Positions 29,489 to 39,307 of a DNA stretch of 64,000 nt are shown piece after piece. Positions within the stretch are counted from its first letter, which is position 1. The number at the start of each line of letters is the position of its first letter. Position numbers and translations under genes: made by a program. Source of the DNA: Candidatus Micrarchaeota archaeon (GTDB taxonomy: Archaea; Micrarchaeota; Micrarchaeia; Micrarchaeales; CABMGC01); assembly GCA_021850625.1 (NCBI GenBank), contig JAJZLJ010000002.1, forward strand, positions 15,830-79,829, given 5' to 3'. Under the pieces are notes generated by a model. That model ran no database searches. It saw nothing but the letters and a program-made list of their open reading frames with translations, and was not told the origin of the DNA.

Positions 29489-29686
29489 TTATTCAGTTAT
29501 GTTCAGAGCATAAGTCCCATTTACGGTAAAACCTAGTTTTTTAGCAAGCTCAGATTTTTCCACATTAAGAATAACTACGTATCCACTCCATTTTGTCGTT
29601 AAATTACTCTGACCACATATCGGACATTTTTCTCCTTGTGAGAGAATAACTTTACAGTTGCGGCATACCTTTTCCATTTTACTCAT
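29489..29686 (-). CDS. spt4: Transcription elongation factor Spt4 (RpoE2)
   Basis: CRNC..CPICG..TTKWSG..SELAKKLG..GTYAL. Confidence 0.95.
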   Translation of the reverse strand: MSKMEKVCRNCKVILSQGEKCPICGQSNLTTKWSGYVVILNVEKSELAKKLGFTVNGTYALNITE

Positions 29687-30288
29687 CTCTTTTTAGCACC
29701 AGGCTTGCCGTGAGGTTTTTGTCTTTGACCTTGAACCTTTTTATCTTTTGAAAGCGGCTCTTTTAACCATTCTGCCTTACCAAGTCCATCTGGCCTCATA
29801 GTAAGTGCTATTTTAGTATCTTTTATATTATTTTTAAGACTAATTGTAGAAACCTTTGCATATACTATATCTCCTTTTTTAAGATTTTTACCTGTATTTC
29901 TTGAGATAAATGACCCTGATTTTCTATCGTAATTTATAAAGTCATTAGTTATTTGTGACATGTGAACAAGACCATCTATAGGTCCTAATCTTACAAAGCA
30001 ACCAAAATCAACAAGTTCTGATATCTCTCCAGTTACTATCTCACCCACATCAAGATTAAAGGATAAAATATCAAATGTGACTGTGTGGTGTGTAGAAGGA
30101 TCTCCAGGAAGTATAAAGCCATCGCTTATATTTCTTACATCGAAAAGAGCAAGTATTAGACCTAACTGCTTGTCTATTGTTCGCTCATATTTAGAGCGCA
30201 GTATTGAGATTGCTGCCTTGTTTATATCTTCTCCGAAAAGGCTTGGGGGTATATTTATCGTATCTTTTATAGTATGCACATAATACAA
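29683..30288 (-). CDS. rpoE1: RNA polymerase subunit E' (Rpo7)
   Basis: IPPSLFG, FGCFVRLGPIDGLVHMSQI, IALTMR..GLGK.EW. Confidence 0.96.
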   Translation of the reverse strand: MYYVHTIKDTINIPPSLFGEDINKAAISILRSKYERTIDKQLGLILALFDVRNISDGFILPGDPSTHHTVTFDILSFNLDVGEIVTGEISELVDFGCFVRLGPIDGLVHMSQITNDFINYDRKSGSFISRNTGKNLKKGDIVYAKVSTISLKNNIKDTKIALTMRPDGLGKAEWLKEPLSKDKKVQGQRQKPHGKPGAKKR

Positions 30289-30350
30289 AATCTCACCTAA
30301 GGGTTAAAATTTCAATTAGTATTGAGCAGTAAATTAATTTAAGCTTATCG

Positions 30351-30722
30351 TTATCTTAGAGTTCCGGTTTTTGTAACACTCAATGTGCGTATATTCATAT
30401 TTCTTAGCTTTTTTTTAAGTTTTATATCATTTGTGCATACAGAGTATTTTTTACTGTTAGCTAACTCAAGTATCCATTTATCAACATAAAGTGTTGAATA
30501 ATTTATCTCTATTTTATGCTTTTTTATAGAGTTTATAGCTACAACAGCTAGCGGCCTCAGTTTAGTTCTAGAAACTGCAAACTTCTTGAGCTCTAATATA
30601 ACACCTTTAGATATTATCGGATAGTACTCATTAGTGTTTTCTATTTCATCGAATATATCATTGCCATTAACTAATGAGAAGATTATTGAACTGGTATCTA
30701 TTATCAACTCTTCTTTTTCCAT
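30351..30722 (-). CDS. PIN-domain protein (Fcf1/Utp24-like)
   Basis: IIDTSS, VILEL, VD..I, TND..L; usual position upstream of rpoE1. Confidence 0.82.
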   Translation of the reverse strand: MEKEELIIDTSSIIFSLVNGNDIFDEIENTNEYYPIISKGVILELKKFAVSRTKLRPLAVVAINSIKKHKIEINYSTLYVDKWILELANSKKYSVCTNDIKLKKKLRNMNIRTLSVTKTGTLR

Positions 30723-30784
30723 GCAAAAATATTTATAACATGATAAACTAAAAAGCTATTGTTGTTAATTATTTTGGTATAAGT

Positions 30785-31189
30785 ATGGAACTTGATATGT
30801 ATGCAGAGGAATTAATTCAAAGCTATGAACATCCTTCACATAAAGGAGTTATAGAAAATCCGACTTTAGAGAGGCATGAAGAGAATATATCATGTGGAGA
30901 TAAAATAACAGTTTATATAAAATTAGAAAATAATAAAATAATTGATATCAAATTCAACGGTTTAGGCTGTGTAATATCTATGGGCTCTGCGGATATGCTA
31001 ATTGAGGAGCTAAAAAATAAGGAAGTTGATGATATAGAAAAACTCAAAAAAGAAGATCTGCTTAAAATAATAGGCATAGACCCTGGACCAGTAAGAATGC
31101 ACTGTGCAACATTAGCCTTGAGAGCTGTCAAAAAAGCCATCTTTGAGTATGAGAAAAAAGAACCGGATAAGGAAACAAAAGAGTTATAA
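30785..31189 (+). CDS. Fe-S scaffold, IscU/SufU family
   Basis: NISCGD, GCVIS, RMHCA (three Cys). Confidence 0.92.
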   Translation: MELDMYAEELIQSYEHPSHKGVIENPTLERHEENISCGDKITVYIKLENNKIIDIKFNGLGCVISMGSADMLIEELKNKEVDDIEKLKKEDLLKIIGIDPGPVRMHCATLALRAVKKAIFEYEKKEPDKETKEL

Positions 31190-31324
31190 ATTAGAGTTTA
31201 ATTTTACCTTTATTATTCCGCCAGTTATCTTACCATAATGCCTTTTTAATTATAATCTATAACTGTAGCTTAAAAGTTGGCTATATATGAATCTTTCAAG
31301 TAAAGTTTTTCTGTCATAAAAATA

Positions 31325-31376
31325 TCTCAGAAGACTTTTTTCATCACAAATCAGAAATACCTCGTCTCATCATTAA
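31325..31376 (-). ncRNA. Box C/D sRNA candidate 2
   Basis: Minus strand: ATGATGA (C) - GACGAGGTATTT - CTGA (D') - TTT - GTGATGA (C') - AAAAAGTCTT - CTGA (D); all four boxes match consensus. Confidence 0.88.
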
Positions 31377-31421
31377 ACATATTTATAATTAAAGTTTATT
31401 AATACTTACTAAAAATTAGAG

Positions 31422-32108
31422 TTATCTTGAAATAAATTTTTTAAATATTGAACTTAAAAAATAATTTATGTCGCTTCCTTTAACTTTGGAACTTTTCTGT
31501 TCTGTCCATTTTATCGGAAGTTCGTAAGGAACTATTCCAAGCTTCTGAGATCTTAATATTATTTCTGTATCGAAAAACCAATGATCGTCTTTTATGTTTT
31601 TTGCTTCTTTTTTTATAAATTTTGAAGACCAGAACTTAAAGCCGCATTGATGATCATGCACCTTTGATAAAAAAATAAAATTAATCAAATAATTATAGAC
31701 TTTGCTTGCCACAAGCCTTTTTACTCTTCTGTGTATAACAGATTCTTTCGTGTATCTTGAACCGATAACCATTAAATTTCCAGTTTCTACAAGAGATACT
31801 GCTTTTATAAGATACTCAATTGGAACAGCAAGATCTATATCCATATAACCAATAACATTTCCTTTTGCAATTTTTATTGCATTTTTTATTGCCTTCCCTC
31901 TTCCTAATTTCTTACTTGAAGTTATAAGCTTAACATTGGGAAGTTTAGAGTAAGATTTTGAAAGCTTTAATGTTGAGTCTGTAGAGCCATCCTCAGCAAG
32001 AATTATCTCAGAATTGCCTATCTTTGAAACTACTGAGTATATTCTCTTAAAATTATTTTTTAAATTTACCTCTTCATTGTATAAAGGCAAAATAAGTGTT
32101 AATTTTAT
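31422..32108 (-). CDS. GT2 glycosyltransferase (dolichyl-phosphate sugar synthase-like)
   Basis: (M)KLTLILPLYNEE, EDGSTD, GRGKAI, YMDIDL, GSRY, DHQCGFK, WFFDTE; ATA start at 32108 restores the first beta strand. Confidence 0.9.
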   Translation of the reverse strand: MKLTLILPLYNEEVNLKNNFKRIYSVVSKIGNSEIILAEDGSTDSTLKLSKSYSKLPNVKLITSSKKLGRGKAIKNAIKIAKGNVIGYMDIDLAVPIEYLIKAVSLVETGNLMVIGSRYTKESVIHRRVKRLVASKVYNYLINFIFLSKVHDHQCGFKFWSSKFIKKEAKNIKDDHWFFDTEIILRSQKLGIVPYELPIKWTEQKSSKVKGSDINYFLSSIFKKFISR

Positions 32109-32154
32109 TTTTTCACCAATAATTAATGACTATTAGACTTTAAAAGGATATTGT

Positions 32155-33345
32155 TTAGTTTTGAGGAAGAAATTTTTTGGGATTCATGCCATGAGAAATT
32201 AAGTATTTTTTAGTTTGTGCAAGGCTGTATCTTGAGACTATACTAACGTATTTGTCAAGCTCTTTTTGAGATTTAACAGGAACTGGAGTTTCAACACTCA
32301 TTCCATATATACCTTTATCGAGCAATGAGTCTATCACGTAATATCCATTTTTCTTGAATTTTGCAGAATAGAATGGGTTTGATTTTGTTCCAGTATCTTC
32401 AATTCGTGAAAATTTGAGAGGGGATATAGTAAAAAATAAAACTTTATTTATGCATGTAACTGGTATGACATTATTTGTAGGCATGGTTACTTTTTTTCCT
32501 GTGGTGGTTTTACTATAAATAATTTCAAAATCTTTTTCGAATTCCTTTTTATTTTTTATTGATTTGTAAGTTTCCCACATATAACTATGTATTACAACTG
32601 TAGTGTGTGGCTGGGTTATTTGAGTATACGAGAGTGATCCTGGAAGAAAAAGATAATGACCAGATCCTTTATATTTATGCTTTGAAATGGCAGATGAGAC
32701 AATATAAGGATATGCTAAACTTCCATCACCCGGTAACATACTTCGTCCGTTACTACTGGAGAAAGGTACTAAAAGCAGTCCATTATTTGAAATCATATTT
32801 TTAAGGGAAACCTTTGGAGGTTTATAGGTGAATGGAATACCATATACGGCGCTTAGATCTTTGTAATATTTTTTCATTGAAAGAGGAGTTTCTGATTCTA
32901 AAGAAGTTCTAACAGTTTCTCCATCTCTTGCTACAACAAAAACTGGAAATTTATAATATCCCATACCATTATAAGTAGGTACAAAAATTCCTGAACTATA
33001 AGTGCTTGAAAGGCTCAGAGGGACATAGATGGCTTTAAATGGAGTTATCTTTTTTCCAGTGAATATAGTCGCATTACCAAGGTATTGTTGGAATTTTTCG
33101 CCATTAATAGTTAAAATTCTACCTTTATTTTTTATATTATGTACCTTTACATCATGCACATCTATTGGTCGTAATGGTTTTGGTAAATGATATATTCCAT
33201 AATCTGTAACTGCAGACATAGTAATTACCGCTGAAGCAATAGCTATAGATGCCATACGTTTTAATGGTTTAAGGTATTCTACCATAGGGCTGAATTTTTC
33301 TTGGGTATTTTTTATATTATTAACAACGGCCTTCGTATTTTGCAT
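32155..33345 (-). CDS. Hypothetical basic secreted/anchored protein
   Basis: 396 aa, hydrophobic segment at residues ~31-46, Lys/Pro/Tyr-rich; no recognised motif. Confidence 0.6.
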   Translation of the reverse strand: MQNTKAVVNNIKNTQEKFSPMVEYLKPLKRMASIAIASAVITMSAVTDYGIYHLPKPLRPIDVHDVKVHNIKNKGRILTINGEKFQQYLGNATIFTGKKITPFKAIYVPLSLSSTYSSGIFVPTYNGMGYYKFPVFVVARDGETVRTSLESETPLSMKKYYKDLSAVYGIPFTYKPPKVSLKNMISNNGLLLVPFSSSNGRSMLPGDGSLAYPYIVSSAISKHKYKGSGHYLFLPGSLSYTQITQPHTTVVIHSYMWETYKSIKNKKEFEKDFEIIYSKTTTGKKVTMPTNNVIPVTCINKVLFFTISPLKFSRIEDTGTKSNPFYSAKFKKNGYYVIDSLLDKGIYGMSVETPVPVKSQKELDKYVSIVSRYSLAQTKKYLISHGMNPKKFLPQN

Positions 33346-33387
33346 TTTATCCCATAATTTATTAATTATTCACCAATATAAAGATAC

Positions 33388-34059
33388 CTATTTTGTAACA
33401 AATGTTATATTTGTTTCCATTATTGATAAATTTAAAGAACCATCGTAAGTATTGTTAGGTAGCTCCAATAATACAGATAGTTTACAAGTTCCGGAACATT
33501 TAGGGGTTGTATACGTGCCTTCTAATACACCAGTACTAGTCGGAACTGGATATGAGGAAAAATTAAGCACCTTAAAAGCGTTGGAAGATGTTGTCACATT
33601 GCTTATTACAATTCCTTTAAATATTGATAAATAAAGGGTATAATTGTAGATGGAACCAGCTGTACTGCTGAACGTAGTGTTTGTATGTATTACTGCAACT
33701 TGATCATAAAGAGGAGGCAGTGGCAGTACAAGCACATGTGTTTGATTAGTAACGGTTTTGTTTCGCGACGCGTTTGTTCTTGTATTAATATCTGGATTAT
33801 TTACAAGTATTGACATATTTCTTGCGCCATTAAGATATGCCTTATATTCGGTCGTATTTTTAATATAAAATGTATTTATATTGTATATATGAAATGTAAC
33901 ATTTGTGATATTAACCATATTGCTTGATTGATTTTTAGATATTGATGTAGTAGTTGAAATTAGATTTTGAGGCTGCATTGGAATGGAAATAAGTACGTAT
34001 AATAAAATAACAATTATTATAGCTACGACAGTTATAAAATAAAACTGAGTTTTTCCCAT
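33388..34059 (-). CDS. Membrane-anchored glycoprotein co-transcribed with the Ser-rich pilin
   Basis: N-terminal TM, abundant sequons, CSGTC; starts 9 nt after the upstream stop. Confidence 0.65.
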   Translation of the reverse strand: MGKTQFYFITVVAIIIVILLYVLISIPMQPQNLISTTTSISKNQSSNMVNITNVTFHIYNINTFYIKNTTEYKAYLNGARNMSILVNNPDINTRTNASRNKTVTNQTHVLVLPLPPLYDQVAVIHTNTTFSSTAGSIYNYTLYLSIFKGIVISNVTTSSNAFKVLNFSSYPVPTSTGVLEGTYTTPKCSGTCKLSVLLELPNNTYDGSLNLSIMETNITFVTK

Positions 34060-34067
34060 ATTAATCA

Positions 34068-36275
34068 CTAAGTTCCTGGATTAGGAGTCCATTGTAATTG
34101 GTAAGAGTTGCCAATAGTACTTCCAGGAGGTAGAATATCAACACAATTACCAAATGGTTCTCCAAAACGCATAAGAGAGTAATAAAAATCACTTCCCGTA
34201 GCGGATATTGAACTACCACTATTACAATCAAGACCAGTATCAGTATATATGGCACCATCGTATGGTGGAACAGAAGGAGTTTGAACTTGTGTTGCATACT
34301 GGGTGTTAGTCCAATAACCAAAACAATTTCCACTATTAATATCTTGTATTGTAGTACCTACCTCGTAATAACCAATATAGACTTCTATTGGTGCACCAGA
34401 AGGTGAAATTTGACCAGTATTATAATTACAAGTCCACCCCATTGGAATCCATGCCTCCATATAATTATAAGCACTGCCCCATTGTGCAGTTTCAGTTATG
34501 TCGTTTTTGATATCTTTTAAAGGAAAGTATGGAGCATCAGAACCACTATAACCACCGTTTGAACTTGTCCAACTATTAAATTGAAATAGAAGAGGAGTTC
34601 CCCAAGAAATACCACCAGTAATTTGAGCATAAGGATCCTGATTTAAAGTATTGTTATAGCCACAACCAACAAACCAGTTATTGCTTGTTGCTATATTTGA
34701 ATAGCCAGTAGGAAAAGGAAACCCTGCTTCACTATAAGACGCTGGATTGCTTATTAATGTAAAACTCAAGGTATTAGCTGGTAGTCCATCACCTGTAGCA
34801 ACAGATAAACCAACTTGATAAACAAATTGTGGCGACCATACAGTATTAGAGCCATATGGAATTGTTTGTATATAAGTGCTAGTTCCACAACCTGTGCTTG
34901 GACCATTTGGTGCTGGTCCAGATATATCATAGTAAGTAACAGTAGGATCAGCTCGTATATAATATGCAGTAGCAAGAGTGTTTACAGGATATTGTGAACT
35001 TGGTATTGTGATAGAGGTAAGTGAACTTGATGTTGATAATGGACCCGCAACATTTGGCGTACTACTAAAACCCCATCCTTCGAATATGAATGGTGTTCCA
35101 GAACCAATATTACAAGTAGGCTGTGCAATTATAGTTTCAGGGAGAAGATCTTGCGCGGACGGTGCAAAATCATAGAAAGGATTTGGTGGTAGCGTTCCTG
35201 AACCGATAGTTACACACTGTGCAACTTCTTGTGAGTATGTTGCTGCATAACCACCACCTAATGGGGCATAATTATTGAAGTTTGTATAAGTTCCAGAATC
35301 AGCTGCTGGTTGTGCATACGCACCGGCACCAACCCACGAATCACCATTAGGAGGACTACCTCCACCTCCACCGCCTGTCACAGTTGATGGAGGAGTTGAG
35401 GAAGATGAGGAGGAACTTGAAGATGAAGAAGAGGATGATGTTGAGGAAGAAGATGAGGATGATATTGAAGATGAAGATGAACTTGAAGAGGAGGAAGATG
35501 AGGATGATATTGAAGATGAAGATGAACTTGAAGAGGAGGAAGATGAGGATGAACTTGAAGAGGAAGAAGATGAGGATGATGATGAAGATGAAGATGAACT
35601 TGAAGAGGAGGAAGATGAGGATGAGGATGAACTTGAAGAGGAAGAAGATGAGGATGATGAAGGTGAAGTACCGCCACCAGGATTAGAGATTATTGGTGTT
35701 CCACCACCTACCGGTATTTTTATTATGTTATTTTGAAGCAAAACATTAACTGGATATGCATAACTTACTGAAGATCCTGCAGTTGAAAGTTTTGTTGCTG
35801 CTATTTTATTATTGCAATTTGAAGCAAAGCATTCAGTATAATTAAAAAAGAATTGCGGCTCAAGTTGTGCGCCGTATGAAGGAGTGAAACCAGGGATTGT
35901 TGCTGTGCAGGTTACAGCAGTACCACTAGGAACATTGGAAGGAATACATGAGCCAGGAGCATAACTAGATGATGGTAAAAGTTTTATCCAGAATGGAAAA
36001 GGAGATTGTTGAAAATAGATTTCTTTGCCTAAAAGGTTTGTAAATTCCAAAAGTACTGTCGTACCTAATGAATTAGTACTAACTATAAGTTGATAGCATT
36101 GAAAGTTTTCTGATATATAACAATAAGAAGGGCTGTATGATGTATTAGAAGAATGAAAGAAAATAAAAAAGAAGATTATTACTGCTAACGCCAAAATTAT
36201 TAATGCCCAGGCATAAGAACTAAGGTATTCTGTTGCTGATTGTAATTTCATTACTCCTCTTTTAGCCAAATCCAT
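34068..36275 (-). CDS. Class III signal pilin-like adhesin with poly-Ser stalk
   Basis: LQSATEYLSSYAWALII, CYISENFQC, ~90-residue Ser run, C-terminal beta-rich repeats (FIFEGW, FQFNSW..TETAQW). Confidence 0.8.
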   Translation of the reverse strand: MDLAKRGVMKLQSATEYLSSYAWALIILALAVIIFFFIFFHSSNTSYSPSYCYISENFQCYQLIVSTNSLGTTVLLEFTNLLGKEIYFQQSPFPFWIKLLPSSSYAPGSCIPSNVPSGTAVTCTATIPGFTPSYGAQLEPQFFFNYTECFASNCNNKIAATKLSTAGSSVSYAYPVNVLLQNNIIKIPVGGGTPIISNPGGGTSPSSSSSSSSSSSSSSSSSSSSSSSSSSSSSSSSSSSSSSSSSSSSSSSSSSISSSSSSSSSSSSSSISSSSSSSTSSSSSSSSSSSSSSTPPSTVTGGGGGGSPPNGDSWVGAGAYAQPAADSGTYTNFNNYAPLGGGYAATYSQEVAQCVTIGSGTLPPNPFYDFAPSAQDLLPETIIAQPTCNIGSGTPFIFEGWGFSSTPNVAGPLSTSSSLTSITIPSSQYPVNTLATAYYIRADPTVTYYDISGPAPNGPSTGCGTSTYIQTIPYGSNTVWSPQFVYQVGLSVATGDGLPANTLSFTLISNPASYSEAGFPFPTGYSNIATSNNWFVGCGYNNTLNQDPYAQITGGISWGTPLLFQFNSWTSSNGGYSGSDAPYFPLKDIKNDITETAQWGSAYNYMEAWIPMGWTCNYNTGQISPSGAPIEVYIGYYEVGTTIQDINSGNCFGYWTNTQYATQVQTPSVPPYDGAIYTDTGLDCNSGSSISATGSDFYYSLMRFGEPFGNCVDILPPGSTIGNSYQLQWTPNPGT
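35396..35668 (-). repeat. Poly-serine coding low-complexity repeat
   Basis: Recurring plus-strand unit GATGAACTTGAAGAGGAGGAAGATGAGGAT-like. Confidence 0.95.
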
Positions 36276-36350
36276 AGAAATATATTAAATAATAGACTTT
36301 AAATACCTATATGCTTTGTTTAAATAGTATATATCAATAATGTGAGATAA

Positions 36351-38342
36351 ATGTTTGTACTTGGACTACTTTTTTACATTATAAGTATTATATTTGGTCT
36401 TGCGATTGTTTCCCTTTTTCTTGATGACATTATTAAAGAAAATGTTATAAAATACGCCTTTGCCATACCGGTTGGTTTTACCATGGCAACATTTTTAGTT
36501 TTAATTATGGATGCAATGTTTAAAGGATTTAATAACATATTTGTTATTTATGCATCTTTGATAATGATTTTAACATCAACAATTATTTTAATAAAAAATA
36601 AAAATATTAAAATGTTTAAAAAAGAACTGCTTCTAAAACAAATTAAAAAAGAAAAACTTTTTTATGGTATACTTTTTGTATTAATAATAGCATTAATAAT
36701 TCTACAGATATTTGGAGTGCATAACAGTAGCAATGGTATAGTTGGCGGGGATAATTATGGTACCGATTTCTTATTTCATATAAGTATAGGAAATTCAGTT
36801 ATATACACAGGTTGGCCACCAAAATTATTATATGCAAATTACGCAACAAATGTCTTTCCATTTATTTCTGATTTTTATATGTCTATTCTTATTTTTAATG
36901 GAATTCAGCCTGTTTACGCGTTGTATTTGATTAATTTTTTGTTATATTTTTCATTAGTTACATCGACAGTTTATTTTATAATACTTATAACTAAACATAA
37001 AAAAGCTGCTATTTTTGCATTTATATTATTTCTTTTTTGTAGCGTTGGATTGAACATGTTTTTAATATATATATTTAGAATAAATCTGCCATTTTTTTCA
37101 TATTCACAAATACAAAGCATGAATAATAATCTATTTGGAATTGTAACATATCAACTTATGAATTTTGCTGAACCTCTAGAGAATAATTTTGCTCCACAGC
37201 ATGATTATGTTCTTGGTTTTCCGTTAGTTATGATTGTTCTATCGATTTTATATATAAATATTTTTGAAAATAAGAAAAAAAATATTATTAATGGCATTGA
37301 TAAATCTATTCTTCTTGCAGCAATAATAACTGGATTGATGCCATTAACACATCCGTTTTCTTTGATTTTTATCTTTATTTTTGGAATAGTTGCAATGTTT
37401 TACTCATTATTGAGAAAGGATAAAGTAAATACATTTATGAAAATTTGGCTCCCGTTTGGTATAATATCATTAGGTATAGCAGCTCCACAACTGTTTTTTA
37501 TCCATTCTGGAGATATAACACAGGGATTTTTAGGCTCTGTTTTAGGACTTCCATTTTGGAGTAGTACATCAATCATAAATGCAATATTATTGCATGGCTT
37601 ATTTTGGCTTGAAACTATAGGGCCTTTACTTGTCGTAGGAATTATTGGACTTTATTTTTTCAGAAAAAAAATTGTAGTTTTTATACCAGTAATTATAGCA
37701 TTCATTATAGTTAATATCATAAGATTTTCGCCTAGTTTTGGAGATTCTAATAAGATAGTTATTTACTTTTTACTCTTTATGAGTATTTCTGCTACTGAAT
37801 TGTTTTACTTAATGTGGAAAAGGGGAATATTATTTAAAATAGTAGTAATTGTTATTTTTATAATAATAATAGGCGGAGGAGTGCTTGGCGAGTATTATGA
37901 TATTTTTGTAGGTTCATATCCAATAGCATCTAATGTTGAGATCTCTGCAACAACGTGGATAATAAACAATACACAAGTAGGAAATACCTTTGTAGATAGT
38001 TGTTATAATACAGTCTTTGGAATTACTTCATCTTTAGCTGGAAGAAGAACACTGATGGAATTTGAAGGGTATATTGGTTTGGTTGGAATAGAGAATTATA
38101 ATGTTCAAGAAATAGATCAGCAAACTCAAAATTTTATGATGAACCCCACATGTGATTTTGTAAATGAATACAATATAAGTTATGTTGCTTTAGAGAACCT
38201 TAACACTTTTTCAAGTACATGGTGTGATACTGTCAATTACACTAAATTTTCAAATTCTCAGAGTTTTCAGCTTTATAAAGGATTTAACGAAAGCTCCCTT
38301 TCTAACAATATACTTATTTACAAACCCATATGCAATAAATAA
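36351..38342 (+). CDS. Polytopic membrane protein, GT-C-fold glycosyltransferase-like
   Basis: >12 TMs, luminal GTDFLFH loop after the early TMs, C-terminal soluble domain (WIINNT...SSLAGRRT...YNISYV). Confidence 0.6.
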   Translation: MFVLGLLFYIISIIFGLAIVSLFLDDIIKENVIKYAFAIPVGFTMATFLVLIMDAMFKGFNNIFVIYASLIMILTSTIILIKNKNIKMFKKELLLKQIKKEKLFYGILFVLIIALIILQIFGVHNSSNGIVGGDNYGTDFLFHISIGNSVIYTGWPPKLLYANYATNVFPFISDFYMSILIFNGIQPVYALYLINFLLYFSLVTSTVYFIILITKHKKAAIFAFILFLFCSVGLNMFLIYIFRINLPFFSYSQIQSMNNNLFGIVTYQLMNFAEPLENNFAPQHDYVLGFPLVMIVLSILYINIFENKKKNIINGIDKSILLAAIITGLMPLTHPFSLIFIFIFGIVAMFYSLLRKDKVNTFMKIWLPFGIISLGIAAPQLFFIHSGDITQGFLGSVLGLPFWSSTSIINAILLHGLFWLETIGPLLVVGIIGLYFFRKKIVVFIPVIIAFIIVNIIRFSPSFGDSNKIVIYFLLFMSISATELFYLMWKRGILFKIVVIVIFIIIIGGGVLGEYYDIFVGSYPIASNVEISATTWIINNTQVGNTFVDSCYNTVFGITSSLAGRRTLMEFEGYIGLVGIENYNVQEIDQQTQNFMMNPTCDFVNEYNISYVALENLNTFSSTWCDTVNYTKFSNSQSFQLYKGFNESSLSNNILIYKPICNK

Positions 38343-38497
38343 TAGCTATGCTTGAAGTTTAAAATACTTGATAGTATATAAATCTTTTACCGATAAAGAA
38401 TATACGTTTTAGAGCTTTGTAAATAATACAATATTTTATATCAAGGAGGATAGCAAAACTTATTAATGTAAAAATTAAAAGATAAGTAGGTAATAGC

Positions 38498-39172
38498 ATG
38501 GTTACATTAATGAAATTTCCAATAGAATCTAAAAGTTCCAAAAACTCCACGAATATTAGCGAAAGCCTACCAAGCATAGATCTTAGTTCAAAAGAGGAGA
38601 TCTGGTCGCTAGTAACGCGGGGAATATCTATTAGAAATGTCTTTTTTAAATCAATACAAAAAGAAACATATAACGATTTTTCACGTTTATTTGGGGATGT
38701 TGTTAGAGATAGAGGTTCTTACAAACATACTGCTAGAACGGAAAGATCTGTATTAGTACGTTATGATTCTAAATCATTAGTAGGAGAGTTCATACAGTTA
38801 ATTAAAATGCACGAAGTCGTACCTACTAATATTGCAAGACCTATAGCTATTACAACATGGGGCTCAAATGTTGTTGGATATTTTGTAGAGTATATAGATG
38901 GAAAGCCGCTTGAACATTTCGAATTTGGCTTTATAAAAACAGTTGTACTTAACACAATCATACCAATGATAAATAAGATGAATAGTAATGGTGTTGGTCA
39001 TGGTGATATAACTCTTGGTGACAGTACTAGAGAAGGTAACATTAAGGTAGCATCTAATGGGGAGATAAAAGTATTTGATCCTCTACCATCTTACAAAGAT
39101 ATTGATGATAAATTTAGAATAGAGGCAGATCAGAGTAGCATAACAAAACTTTTAAGAATTTATAATAAATAA
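38498..39172 (+). CDS. Atypical protein-kinase-fold protein (RIO/Bud32/Kdo-like)
   Basis: NIARP, VEYIDG, HGDI...GNI, IKVFD. Confidence 0.65.
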   Translation: MVTLMKFPIESKSSKNSTNISESLPSIDLSSKEEIWSLVTRGISIRNVFFKSIQKETYNDFSRLFGDVVRDRGSYKHTARTERSVLVRYDSKSLVGEFIQLIKMHEVVPTNIARPIAITTWGSNVVGYFVEYIDGKPLEHFEFGFIKTVVLNTIIPMINKMNSNGVGHGDITLGDSTREGNIKVASNGEIKVFDPLPSYKDIDDKFRIEADQSSITKLLRIYNK

Positions 39173-39200
39173 ATTTTATTTACAAATTTCTAATTAAATA

Positions 39201-39273
39201 TAGCCCCTATCGGATTCGAACCGATGTTCGTGGGTCCAAAGCCCACTGTCCTTGGCCACTAGACGAAGGGGCT
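39201..39273 (-). tRNA. tRNA-Gln(TTG)
   Basis: AGCCCCT acceptor (A1-U72), arm GTGGG-CT-TTG-GA-CCCAC, T loop TTCGAAT. Confidence 0.96.
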
Positions 39274-39307
39274 GCGATAAATATTTGTTATACGCATATA
39301 AATATCT

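Noticed and set aside
35378-35686. ORFs 35384-35686 (+, M/K/R-rich), 35378-35677 (-, H/P/L-rich) and an Asp/Glu-rich plus-strand reading
   Set aside because: Alternative-frame shadows of the poly-Ser codons; no SD or independent evidence
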